NCBI GenBank assembly: GCA_964390495.1
Contig: CAYMIN010000013.1
Location: 28,081 to 92,080, forward strand
Origin: an uncultured Armatimonadia bacterium
GTDB lineage: Bacteria > Armatimonadota > Zipacnadia > Zipacnadales > UBA11051
Reading direction: 5' to 3'
DNA: 64,000 bases
A program made the translations under genes and the position numbers. Below the pieces are notes generated by a model. That model was not told the DNA's origin, ran no database searches, and saw nothing but the letters and a program-made list of their open reading frames with translations. Of this stretch, positions 10,801 to 19,400 are shown in pieces. How positions within the stretch are numbered: the first letter of the stretch is position 1; each line of letters opens with the position of its first letter.

Positions 10801-13072
10801 CGCCGAGGGCGAGCACGCTCACGGCGGCTGGGCTCCCGTACAGGTGGACTTCGCCATCAAAGAAGCCCAGCCCGGCGCCATCGCCGGAACCGTGGTTTCT
10901 GAGGCAAGTGGCGATCCCATCGCCAATGTCACCGTCACTGTGTATGCGAAACCTGAACCCGAACCCGAGCCGGAACCGGGGCAGGTCGTTGCGGCCCAGG
11001 ACGAAGGCGACATCCCGATTGAGGACCTGGGCGACCCCGTTGTTCCACCGGTGCACACGGGCGCTGACGGCACCTTCGTGATTCCCGAGGTCCCGGTCGG
11101 CGACTATATCGTGGTCGCTGACGGCACCGCTGCCGGCTACGGTACCCAGCAGCTCGAGACCACGGTCACCCCGGGCGACAGCGCCAACCTTGCCTTTGTG
11201 CTCGGCGCTGCCGCCGGAGCTCTTGAGGTCCATGTCACCGCCGCCGACACTGGCGACGACATTGAGAATGCCACCATTCAGGTGCTTGACGAGAATGGCC
11301 AGCAGGTGGTTGTGCCTGCTCCCATGACCGGCCCGTCCGGCATCGTCAATATTCCTTTGCCTGCCGGCGACTACCAGGTGCGCGCCGCCTCCGCCGGCTA
11401 CGAAGCCTCGACCCTGCAGGGCGTTGTGGTGGTCTCTCAGGAGACCACACATCTCGACATCGCCCTCAACCGCGTGGCCGACGGCGCTGTCTCCGGCAAG
11501 GTCACCTCCGCTACCACCGGCCAACCCGTTGGTGACGTGCTCATCAGAGTTCTCTCCGGCGGCACTGTCAGAGCCACAGGCTATACCAGCGATCAGTTCA
11601 CCGACCCCGGCGACGGTACGCCGTCGTACAATTACTTTATACCTGACGTGCCCGCCGGCGAGGTCACTGTCCAGCCGGTCGTCTCCGGCTACGACCCACA
11701 GCCCGACCAGCGCGTTGTCACCGTCGTCAGTGGTGAGACCATCACCGGCGTCAGCTTCGTGCTGGAAAGCCTGCACGTCTTCCCCCAGGGCCTGCAGCTC
11801 ATCTCGCTGCCCTGGGACTTCAGCAGTGGCCAGAGCGACAAAGACCCGGCCAACTTGCTCGGGATTCCCGCTAGCCAGTTCCTCATGGCGACTTGGGAGA
11901 CCAGCACCGCCCGCTACCGCATTTATCCCAACGCCCCTGCCGACCGCTTCCGCCTCGGCACCGGCTACTGGCTGAATCTGGCGAGTCCCGCCGACCTGGC
12001 TCAGGAGGGCACCCCGCCCCTAACCGTTCACCAGATCTCACTACTTGCCGGCTGGAACCTGATTGGGGACCCGTTCCTATCCACTATCGACTTCTACGCA
12101 ACCAATATCCGCGCCCAGAACGGCACTCTGTACTCGGTCCAGGAGGCCCTGGCCCAGAATCTGCTCGGCTCCGGCCTGTTCGCCTATATGCTGGGCGGCT
12201 ACCGCATCGTCTCTGCCTTGACGCCCTATGTCGGCTACTGGCTCTACGCCAACGATCCCTGCAAGTTGGTCATTGATGAAAGCACGGATACAATGGCGGT
12301 AGGCACCCAGGCCGCGGCACCGGCTGTACCCGTGCCTGCCGATGGTTGGCTGTTACAGTTGCAGACCACGGCTACCGTTGCCGGCCTGCAGGACACCGCA
12401 GCCTATTTGGGCACCGCTGCCGGCGCCTCCGACGATTTCGATCCCGGTCTCGACCAGGCCAAGCCGCCGGTGCCGATTAGTGGTGGCTATGTCTATCTGT
12501 CACTAGGGGGCGCTAGTGGTCCGGATATGGCAGTTGACATCCGTAGTCAGCAGTCCAGTCAACAGCAGTGGGACCTGGAGGTGCAGACCAACCTCAGCGG
12601 CCAGCCGATTGAGATATCCTGGCCCGACATGTCCGGCCTGCCGCCGGCGACACAGCCGATTTTGACCGATCTGGCCACCGGCAAGCGGCTATACATGCGC
12701 ACCAACCGCGCTTATAGCTTCGCGGCGGACGGCACCAACCGCAGACTGCGGGTGAGCACCTCAGCGGCGGGTGTCGGCCAGTTGGCGATAACTGCCGCAG
12801 CCGCCTCCACCACACCCGCCGCGGCCACTGTCAGCTACACCCTGTCGCGCAACGCTCAAGTCAGCATTGATGTGTACAATATCAGTGGTCGTCTCATCAG
12901 CCGCGTGCTCGAGGAGCAGACCCAGACCGCCGGTCTGCAGTCGGTGGCCTGGCATGGCCGCAACAATGCCGGCGTCAAGGTGCCCAATGGCCGCTATCTG
13001 GTCCGCATCACCGCCCGCACCGACGACGGTCAGCAGGCCCAGGCTCTGACCCAGATGGCGATAACTCGTTAA
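7817..13072 (+). CDS. giant secreted multidomain protein (1751 aa): signal peptide, TolB-like PD40 beta-propeller, GATase1-like region, CarboxypepD_reg-like beta-sandwich repeats, PEPEPEPEP linker, shared tripartite C-terminal tail ending in FlgD-Ig/T9SS-type CTD
   Basis: TTG start at 7817. An alternative TTG at 7874 follows a GAGGAG RBS and gives the canonical signal peptide MQKGHTRPLASLLLFCVLVAVLLIISSVAS. PD40-like repeats are present (LLAYASNHSGTYQIYTVEVSTG..., WIAFQCDRRGNWDIFKI). CarboxypepD_reg-like segments are present (DGTYVIQGVKSGQYSMQV, GTFVIPEVPVGDYIVVADGTAAGY). The C-terminal 430 aa are paralogous to the tails of the ORFs at 16470 and 19882. Confidence 0.8.
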   Translation: MALAGQHRVHHSTCRGVIVLQKGHTRPLASLLLFCVLVAVLLIISSVASTQSSRLGAAGPLLSLDQMQRQPLLPGQTPEFFRCATCPDGQVTTQQTPGPDPDQNITAKATASQEWEPNTAPVVGQNRIAFASNGEDLINNQTGIEGPDGFIDPTLPENPDFDLWLMRPDGTQQQKVIDLPGDQRDPAFDPGGRLLAYASNHSGTYQIYTVEVSTGVTRRITTPEGGAGNKRHPTWSADSNWIAFQCDRRGNWDIFKILSNGASAEIPLAFSSNDEVAPAWSPTTPYIAYQVTINNVSRIFSMDTEGGNRTQLSNGGGNPNANDIDPAWQPLGQSLVFASDRLVPDSGDTTNDYNIWTMSATGEIITGAASLISSDDPNDVYDDKDPTWTPDLTQRAQTRFVFASNRPVDANDTSEPDIWATFEEDILPPELTKAPGRENALPWVDIRNPAPGADITISVSVYDRDSGVASVVALLKDPEMKLYDWSLAIFEPTNNLGWQALERDCVIVDGKELLDDGVPPDQTAGDGIFTGTYTTLPTPRDYIIDIATVDVVGNGMTYDDIYGFSTVTFNPNDRVLFVDDYCEGQAFIYLTGINNDWPAQFPVESYYRCNPGYYPGLERTIDFDSIIAWAVDYDTSGFGDGPAEEHCTSVDIEGHYDVWRILCRGPIPDTILRNYLPTVEYQLVPEDALADPTWALPTREVLVANRAVIWAAPHTGDVWIADGTIMDAAVQGQLKNFLNQGGRLFISGEDLAWALTMAGRTSNDFLSRYLRAQYLSDVAGGDGFTVEGNNDPYSPVSWDAWVGTGASHPGVAPNWWPDCCNPVALLTPVASTAGYSDAADHLGRGRGGSVRADGIVPSGDVKLYGYGGFGGTGAATWYADPATGAHVVYLAFGFEDIHRSYRLSGTSPPPHCHNHRSHLFHNFLCWARTAAFQGRVVSISEGGQPVTDPEPIVVITQGNNRYAVRCQKDGTYVIQGVKSGQYSMQVIRVGYEIDHAEGEHAHGGWAPVQVDFAIKEAQPGAIAGTVVSEASGDPIANVTVTVYAKPEPEPEPEPGQVVAAQDEGDIPIEDLGDPVVPPVHTGADGTFVIPEVPVGDYIVVADGTAAGYGTQQLETTVTPGDSANLAFVLGAAAGALEVHVTAADTGDDIENATIQVLDENGQQVVVPAPMTGPSGIVNIPLPAGDYQVRAASAGYEASTLQGVVVVSQETTHLDIALNRVADGAVSGKVTSATTGQPVGDVLIRVLSGGTVRATGYTSDQFTDPGDGTPSYNYFIPDVPAGEVTVQPVVSGYDPQPDQRVVTVVSGETITGVSFVLESLHVFPQGLQLISLPWDFSSGQSDKDPANLLGIPASQFLMATWETSTARYRIYPNAPADRFRLGTGYWLNLASPADLAQEGTPPLTVHQISLLAGWNLIGDPFLSTIDFYATNIRAQNGTLYSVQEALAQNLLGSGLFAYMLGGYRIVSALTPYVGYWLYANDPCKLVIDESTDTMAVGTQAAAPAVPVPADGWLLQLQTTATVAGLQDTAAYLGTAAGASDDFDPGLDQAKPPVPISGGYVYLSLGGASGPDMAVDIRSQQSSQQQWDLEVQTNLSGQPIEISWPDMSGLPPATQPILTDLATGKRLYMRTNRAYSFAADGTNRRLRVSTSAAGVGQLAITAAAASTTPAAATVSYTLSRNAQVSIDVYNISGRLISRVLEEQTQTAGLQSVAWHGRNNAGVKVPNGRYLVRITARTDDGQQAQALTQMAITR

Positions 13073-13228
13073 CCGGCCGCACTAACGCGGCGAATCAGCC
13101 GCGATGCTCTTCACCAGTTGGTGCCGTTGAGTCCCGGGGGGCTTTTACAGACCAAATCACGTATGTTATACTGCCTCAGTGGCAGTAGTGGTCCATACCA
13201 TTTCTGCGTCGGAGGGAGAGCTATCTCG

Positions 13229-15151
13229 ATGCAGCACATCCGAAGAAGTTCGCTAGTCCGCAAGCTGGTTTACTTCCTGATCACAGCGATAATCCTTCCC
13301 TGCGGCATATCCTTCGGCCAGGGAACGATGTCATCAGGTGTGGGACGGACCGTCACCTCCTGTGTGGTCTTGCCCTTCACCAATGCCACCGGCCTCGATG
13401 ACCCTCTGCTGCCGGACAAAGCGGCCGCGGCCGTCGCGCTCTCCCTCGAGGACTCACGAGAGTTCGTGGTCACCTCCACCCTCGACCTCAACCGCGAGAT
13501 GGCCGCGCTCGGCATCCAGTCGCCGGTCACCAAGGGCGAGCAGGTCAGGCTTGGCGAGGCGCTGAGGGTCGAGAAAGTCCTTACCGGTACCATCACTGAA
13601 CTCTCTGTCAAGAAAGACAGCGGCCAGGCCCGCTGCAGCATGGAGATTAAGATGCTCAGCGTCAACGTTCAGGACTTCCTCGACGGCGCTTTGGCAACTG
13701 CAAGCACCAGCCCGATACCCGGCTGGAGCGGTGACATCACCAAGGTGGTCAACGACGCCATGCGCGCCGCCGCCGAGGCCGCCGTCAACCAGATGTTGGC
13801 CGGGCGCGTTCGCCGCGGCCATGTGGACCTCGTTACCGACCGTGGACAAGTCAACATCGGCCTCGGCATCGGGGACGGTATTGAGGTCGGCAGTGAGTTA
13901 CTGGTAATGCGTCCCACGTGGTCCGCGGACCTGGAAAAGGTAGTCATGCGCCGCGTTGGCACAATCTCCGTCGGCGAAGTGTACACGGATATGGCGTGGG
14001 CTGGTGTTGTTGATGGCTCGACCCCTCAGACCGGCGACCGGGTCTATAAGCTCTACAAGCCGCCGGTGCGCAAGAAGGCCGAACACCGGGCCAAGTCCAG
14101 AAAGAGCCTCACCCAGGCCGTCGCCGCTATCGCCCTACTCGTCGGCATCTACGCGGTGGGTACTGGCACTTCCATCGCCAGTGGCTCTGTGCTCAAAGGC
14201 AACCTCTCTCAGGCCACCTGCGGAGCCGACCCCACCGTGGTTCTGGAGTTGCACAGCAGCAATACCGAGCGCGAGAGAACCCACGGCTGGGTTATCTATC
14301 GGGGCAACAGCCCTTACTTCCCCCCGACCCCTTACAACATGATTGACGTCATCGAGATCAAGGATCTGCCCTCCAACCGCTACAGTGACGACCCCAATCT
14401 CACCGAGTACATTGAGGACTTTGAGTTCACATACTTCTATTTCGTCGAAGAAGGCGAACAGGAAGAAGCCGACGTTACCGCCTCCTGGAACCACCTGCCG
14501 ATGAGCCCGGGCACCAGGTACTACTACACCGTGCGCAGAATTATTGAGCCGCTGCGCCCGCCGGGGTACAACCCGCCGATAACCCCCCAGCAGGCGGAAG
14601 AGCCGGTGGAGCCGACTTTTGAGCTCGAGGTCGAAGGCGGCTCCGGCTTGTCCGAGGCCAGCAACCATTTCGGACCGGTTACATACTTCTTGCCGCCTCA
14701 GCTTTCCAGTCCCACTCACGGCGCTCCTAACCAGGATGTCTCCAATGTCCGCTTCACCTGGCAGGTGACCACCGGTGCGGACCTGTACAAGGTCGAGCTC
14801 TTTGGGCCTACCGATCCCAACGGCAGAGGCGGACGCTACTGGGAAAGCCCCGAACTCCGTGCCAGCGGTGGCGCCGCGACCATGAGCACATCATTCAGCG
14901 TCGCTAACCCGGCTGCCGGGCTTACTCCCGACACCACCTACTACTGGCGTGTCGGGGCCCGCGCTAGCGGCGACGCCGCCGACCCGCGTAACCAGGACCT
15001 GAACAAAGTCGGCTACCTGTACAGCCAGATGCGGGAGTTCCATACCGTCGTACAGCCTCCCGGCCCCTTGGAGGCTAAACAAGACAACGCCAAACCGGCC
15101 ACCCACAAGCCCGGCTTCTGGCGGGTCAAACGTGGTGGTGTTGGCCGCTGA
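13229..15151 (+). CDS. membrane protein: N-terminal signal/anchor, LpoB/CsgG/TolB-N-like periplasmic domain, central TM helix, C-terminal FN3-like domain(s)
   Basis: The likely start is the ATG at 13229 (MQHIRRSSLVRKLVYFLITAIILPCG) after GGAGGGAG; the ORF track begins at 13118. VLPFTNATGLDD...FVVTSTLDLNREMAALG...VEKVLTGTITE matches the VxVLPFxNxTG...F.VV.R..L...GAD.vltG.It signature of LpoB/CsgG-type domains. A TM helix follows (AVAAIALLVGIYAVGTG). An FN3-like region sits near the C-terminus (VRFTWQVTTGADLYKVELFGP...TTYYWRVGAR). It is a paralogue of the gene at 22847..23911. Confidence 0.6.
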   Translation: MQHIRRSSLVRKLVYFLITAIILPCGISFGQGTMSSGVGRTVTSCVVLPFTNATGLDDPLLPDKAAAAVALSLEDSREFVVTSTLDLNREMAALGIQSPVTKGEQVRLGEALRVEKVLTGTITELSVKKDSGQARCSMEIKMLSVNVQDFLDGALATASTSPIPGWSGDITKVVNDAMRAAAEAAVNQMLAGRVRRGHVDLVTDRGQVNIGLGIGDGIEVGSELLVMRPTWSADLEKVVMRRVGTISVGEVYTDMAWAGVVDGSTPQTGDRVYKLYKPPVRKKAEHRAKSRKSLTQAVAAIALLVGIYAVGTGTSIASGSVLKGNLSQATCGADPTVVLELHSSNTERERTHGWVIYRGNSPYFPPTPYNMIDVIEIKDLPSNRYSDDPNLTEYIEDFEFTYFYFVEEGEQEEADVTASWNHLPMSPGTRYYYTVRRIIEPLRPPGYNPPITPQQAEEPVEPTFELEVEGGSGLSEASNHFGPVTYFLPPQLSSPTHGAPNQDVSNVRFTWQVTTGADLYKVELFGPTDPNGRGGRYWESPELRASGGAATMSTSFSVANPAAGLTPDTTYYWRVGARASGDAADPRNQDLNKVGYLYSQMREFHTVVQPPGPLEAKQDNAKPATHKPGFWRVKRGGVGR

Positions 15152-15163
15152 CGCGGAGCCGAC

Positions 15164-16372
15164 ATGCAATGGCTATGGCCGCCCCGACAGGCGGCAATCG
15201 GATTCGTCGCAGTTGTTGTCGGGTCACTGCTGTTCCTTGACAATGCGTTCGCCGCTGCACGCCCCAAGTGGGCTGTGATGGCATACCTCAGCGGGCAGGG
15301 CGGCCTGGAGCAGGAAGCCGCGGCCTATTGGCAGACCCTAATCGAAGCCGCCGCCGAGGGCTACTGCGCCGCCGCCGTGCAGATTGACGGGCCACACCTC
15401 TGCGCCAGGTGGCTGGCCGTCCCCGGTAAGCGCTGCAAATACCAGCCGCTGGGGGTTGTCAATATGGGTGCCCAGCCGGCCCTGACGGAGTTCTTGCAGT
15501 GGGCGCGCCGCAGTCTCGCGGCGGACCGCTATCTGCTCATCGTCATGGGGCACGGTTCCGGTCTGGCCACCCTCGCGCCGCAGCTTAGTGGCGTGGCCTT
15601 TGATGGTGGCAGTAGCGATACCTTGAGCATCGCTGAGCTGTCCGCCGCCCTGGCCGAAACGCAACCTGCGGACCGGCCCATCGAGCTGGTATCTCTGCAG
15701 GCCTGCTACGCCGCCAGCCTTGAGGTGGCCTACAGCCTGCGGCAGACGGCCAATTACCTGGTGGCCTCGCCCGACCGGGTGGCCAGTCCGGGTTTGCCCT
15801 GGGCCCAACTGCTGCCGCGATTGAGCGGCTGCGAGGACGGCTATGCCGCCGTCCAGGTCCTGTATGGCGAATACGAGCACGCACTTGTCGGGTTTGATTT
15901 ACGGGCGGCGGCTGATGTCACAGCGCACTTGACGGCTTTAGTCGAGGCCTTGAGCGCGGATGTGCGCGCCAATGCGCCGGTCCTGCGTCTGATACGCAGC
16001 CGCAGTCCGAACTGGGGATATAGGGACGAGATGTGCGACCTGCTCTATCTGGCCCATGTGCTGCACCGGGTGGCCGGCAGCAGGCAAGTCGCTGAGTGTG
16101 CCGGCGAATTCGAGCTAAGCCTGGAGCGCGCGATGGTCCCGCGGCCCGGCCGTCGGACGGCGAACGCAGAGGCCCATGTGGGGAATCTGGGAATCTTCTT
16201 CCCGGCCACGTGGGAACCGGTCCCGACACACTATGGCAGCACTTATCGTCTGGCTGATGAAACCGGGTGGGCCGAGTTCCTGAAGGCCTACTACGACATC
16301 ACCGCCGGCCAGCTTATCGGCTCCGGCATCCAGGTGCCGCCGGCGCGGCCGGGCTCAACTGGCGTACTGTAG
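15164..16372 (+). CDS. clostripain-like (peptidase C11, clan CD) cysteine peptidase with N-terminal signal/anchor
   Basis: Caspase-fold catalytic dyad context: LLIVMGHGSG (His-Gly) and LVSLQACYAASLEVAYSL (Ala-Cys), spaced as in C11 clostripain. The N-terminus WAVMAYLSGQGGLEQEA resembles the C11 W.v.vY..gDNnLe block. N-terminal hydrophobic segment AAIGFVAVVVGSLLFL. The start is tightly coupled, 12 nt after the previous stop. Confidence 0.6.
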   Translation: MQWLWPPRQAAIGFVAVVVGSLLFLDNAFAAARPKWAVMAYLSGQGGLEQEAAAYWQTLIEAAAEGYCAAAVQIDGPHLCARWLAVPGKRCKYQPLGVVNMGAQPALTEFLQWARRSLAADRYLLIVMGHGSGLATLAPQLSGVAFDGGSSDTLSIAELSAALAETQPADRPIELVSLQACYAASLEVAYSLRQTANYLVASPDRVASPGLPWAQLLPRLSGCEDGYAAVQVLYGEYEHALVGFDLRAAADVTAHLTALVEALSADVRANAPVLRLIRSRSPNWGYRDEMCDLLYLAHVLHRVAGSRQVAECAGEFELSLERAMVPRPGRRTANAEAHVGNLGIFFPATWEPVPTHYGSTYRLADETGWAEFLKAYYDITAGQLIGSGIQVPPARPGSTGVL

Positions 16373-16469
16373 AGAACCAGTCATAATATCTACATAACAT
16401 ATCTGATGCCACCGCACTGTACTGCGCAGGGCCTGCACCGGCGCCTTACAGTGGGGAGGAGGAATCCCG

Positions 16470-19400
16470 TTGAGGCATCATGGCCGCCCTGCAAAAACTC
16501 GCCTGCGAACTGCCTTCGCAATCGCCCTGGTCGCCCTGCTCTTGGCGGGTGGTGCAGCGACCCAGGCAGCCCCCCAGGTCTCCGACGATCTGGCCGGACC
16601 GCTGCGCGCAGTTGCTGCTGCGGCGGCCTCGGGTCACACCGCGCCGGCCGCTGTCAGCCCCCTGGTGCGTATCCAGGGCGGGTTGGTGCAGGTTGAGATC
16701 ATCTTCCGCACTTCTTTGGCAGCCTTCTCCACCAATCTGGCTGCCTACGGTGGCCGCGTGGAGATTCGCTCAGGCAACCGCGTCCAGGCTTGGCTGCCTG
16801 CCGGCTCCCTCAATGCTGTTGCTGAGTTGCTCGAGGTGGCCCAGATCCGCCTACCGCGCTGCCCGGTGCCGCTCCAGGGCTACGGGGGGGCCTCTTCCGA
16901 GGGCGTCCAACTCACGGCCGCCACTGCCATGCACACCAATAGCATCACCGGCTCCGGCGTCAAGGTGGCGGTCATAGATACGGGCTTTGGCGGCTACGAC
17001 GAAGCGGAGATCCCGGGCGTCGGTGAGGGCTCCGGGCGCACGATATCATTCAGCAGCGGCGGCGGAATGGGTGGCTCGCAGCACGGCACAGCCGTGGCCG
17101 AGGTAGTCGCCGACATGGCTCCCGAGGCCGAGATCTATCTGCTTGCAGTTGACACCAACCTCGCCATCGAGCAGGCTATCAACTACGTGCGCGACAACGC
17201 TTTTGGCGTTGCGGTTATGTCGCTAGGGTCCTTCGATGGCCCCTACGACGGCACTCATTCGGTATCGCAGAAGGTGAATGTCGCGCGGGCCTCGGGCGTT
17301 TTCTGGGTGAATGCCGCCGGTAATCACGCCCAGCGCCACTACGAAGGTGACTGGACCGATCGCAACGGCAATCGCTTCCACGAGTGGGGCTTCGGTCACG
17401 AGGACATGGACCTGAGCCTGTCGCGCGGCACTTTCCAGGCCTTCCTCAGTTGGTATCAAACCGCCGGCGACACCACCAACCACGATTATGACTTGGTGCT
17501 CTTCGACGCCGGCGGCACGGAGGTCACCAGGTCCGCGGTGACCCAGAACGGCGACGACCCGCCGGACGAGGTGCTGGTGGCGTACGTGCCTGAGACGGCG
17601 AACTATTCCCTGCGTATTGAGCGCATGTCACCCGACGTAATCCCTGCCAATGATCGTTTCCAGCTCTTCCTTCCCGATGTTGATGTGGAGAGCATACACC
17701 GAGTACCCGAACATAGTCTGCCGGTTCCCGCCGAAGCCGCCGGTGCCTTCACCGTGGGCGCGACCCGCGGCTCCCTGCGCATTATCGAGGGTGATGCGGT
17801 GCTGCCGATAGATGCAATCGAGCAATACAGCTCCCGCGGCCCCTCACTTAGCGGGCTGCTCAAGCCCGATCTATGCGGACCCGATTACGTCACCACCAGC
17901 CTGGTCGGCACGGCCTATGATCCGTTCGCCGGAACCTCGGCGGCAGCACCGCACGTCGCCGGCGGCGCCGCCTTGCTGCTCTCTGAGGACAGCACCAGGA
18001 CCCCGGCGATGCTCACCACTATCCTGCAGAATCTGGCCGTCAAAGACATGCTGGTAACCGACCCGTCCACCGGCCAGAGGCTACCCGACAACACTTACGG
18101 TTACGGTCGGCTGAGACTGCGGGTCGGCACCGACACTATCCCTCCGGAGATTGGCATCAGCTTCCCGCACAATGGCAGCACCATCACTGACGCCACCCCA
18201 ACGATAGTCGCCACTATTACCGATATCGGCAGCGGCGTGGACCAGTCCACAATCGAAGTCGAACTGGACGGGAACCTGGTCGCGTGGAATTATGTGCCCA
18301 GCAACGGCTTGCTCACATATACGGTCCCGCCTGAGGCCGCGCTCACTCGCAGTCGCCACACCTTGACCATTGATGCGCAGGACTATGACGGCAATGCCGC
18401 CACCACCGCGGTAAGCAATTTCCGCGTCACTGCGCCCTCAATTGACGCCGGGTTGCACCTGATCAGCTTGCCCTACCCGGGTCTGGCCGCTGCCGACCCC
18501 TCAGTGGTATTCGGCATCCCATACGACCAGTTGCAGTTGGCACGCTGGGTACCCAGCGACGCCCGGCCGGTCAAGTACCATATCTACATGGACGAATATG
18601 CCACCTTCGACCCGCCGGATGCCCGCGGCACTAATGCCATAGTCAGCGACCCGCCTGCCGGCCTCGGATATTTCGTGCGCCTGCCCAAACAGTGCACCCT
18701 CAACACCGGCGCCGCCGGCCCCCTGATCGGCATCGACTCGTACCAGATCAAGCTCATCTACGGAACCGATGCCCCACGCGGCTGGAACCTTATCGGTAAC
18801 CCCTATGAGTCGGTGGTTGACTGGGGTACGGTTAGCTTCATTGCCGAGGGCCAGCGCTATGACCTCCGCGAAGCGATGTCTGAAGATGTCGAGCTCACGG
18901 AGGGGGTGCTGTTCGACTTCATCTCCACGGCCACCGGCGGCTATTACAGCTTCTCCTCCGATCCCTCCGCAGATGTCCTCGAGTACATGCGCGGCTACTG
19001 GGTGCATGTCTTGCGCGACGCAACCCTGGAGATGTATAACCCGGCAATCACTGCTAGCGTCGGCGCCAGGCCCGCTCGCGCCAGCTCAGCTAGCGCCCCG
19101 ACCAAGGACCAGTGGACGCTCAAGCTCTCTGCTGTCAGCGGCCAGCACCAGGACCCTGTCAACTATATCGGGGTACGCCCCGAAGCCAGCCAGGGCTACG
19201 ACATCGGTCTCGACATCAGTGAGCCGCCTGCGATCGCCCAGAGCCTGGCGCTTTACATGCCCCAGCCCGATTGGGGCAGCCGTGCCGGACATTATGTGCG
19301 CGATCTGCGCAGCAGCCTGAGTGCCCGCCAGGAGTGGGATGTTGAGGTCGCCTCCGCACTCGCCCAAGCTCCCGTCACCTTGACCTGGAGCGAGCTTAAC

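Noticed and set aside
10139-11776. Long antisense ORFs (for example 10139..11776 at 545 aa, 9137..10009, 2657..3469, 41665..43053, 48762..50231, 26656..27462, 33979..35169, 32884..33975, 37099..38004) overlapping well-supported genes
   Set aside because: Typical high-GC antisense open frames. The translations are low-complexity (R/A/G/P-rich) with no motifs, while the sense strand carries strong family signatures.
13118-13228. Upstream extension of partner A ORF (MVPLSPGGLLQTKSRMLYCLSG...)
   Set aside because: The extension has no hydrophobic signal and lies in the intergenic gap. The internal ATG at 13229 is RBS-preceded and starts the signal/anchor.
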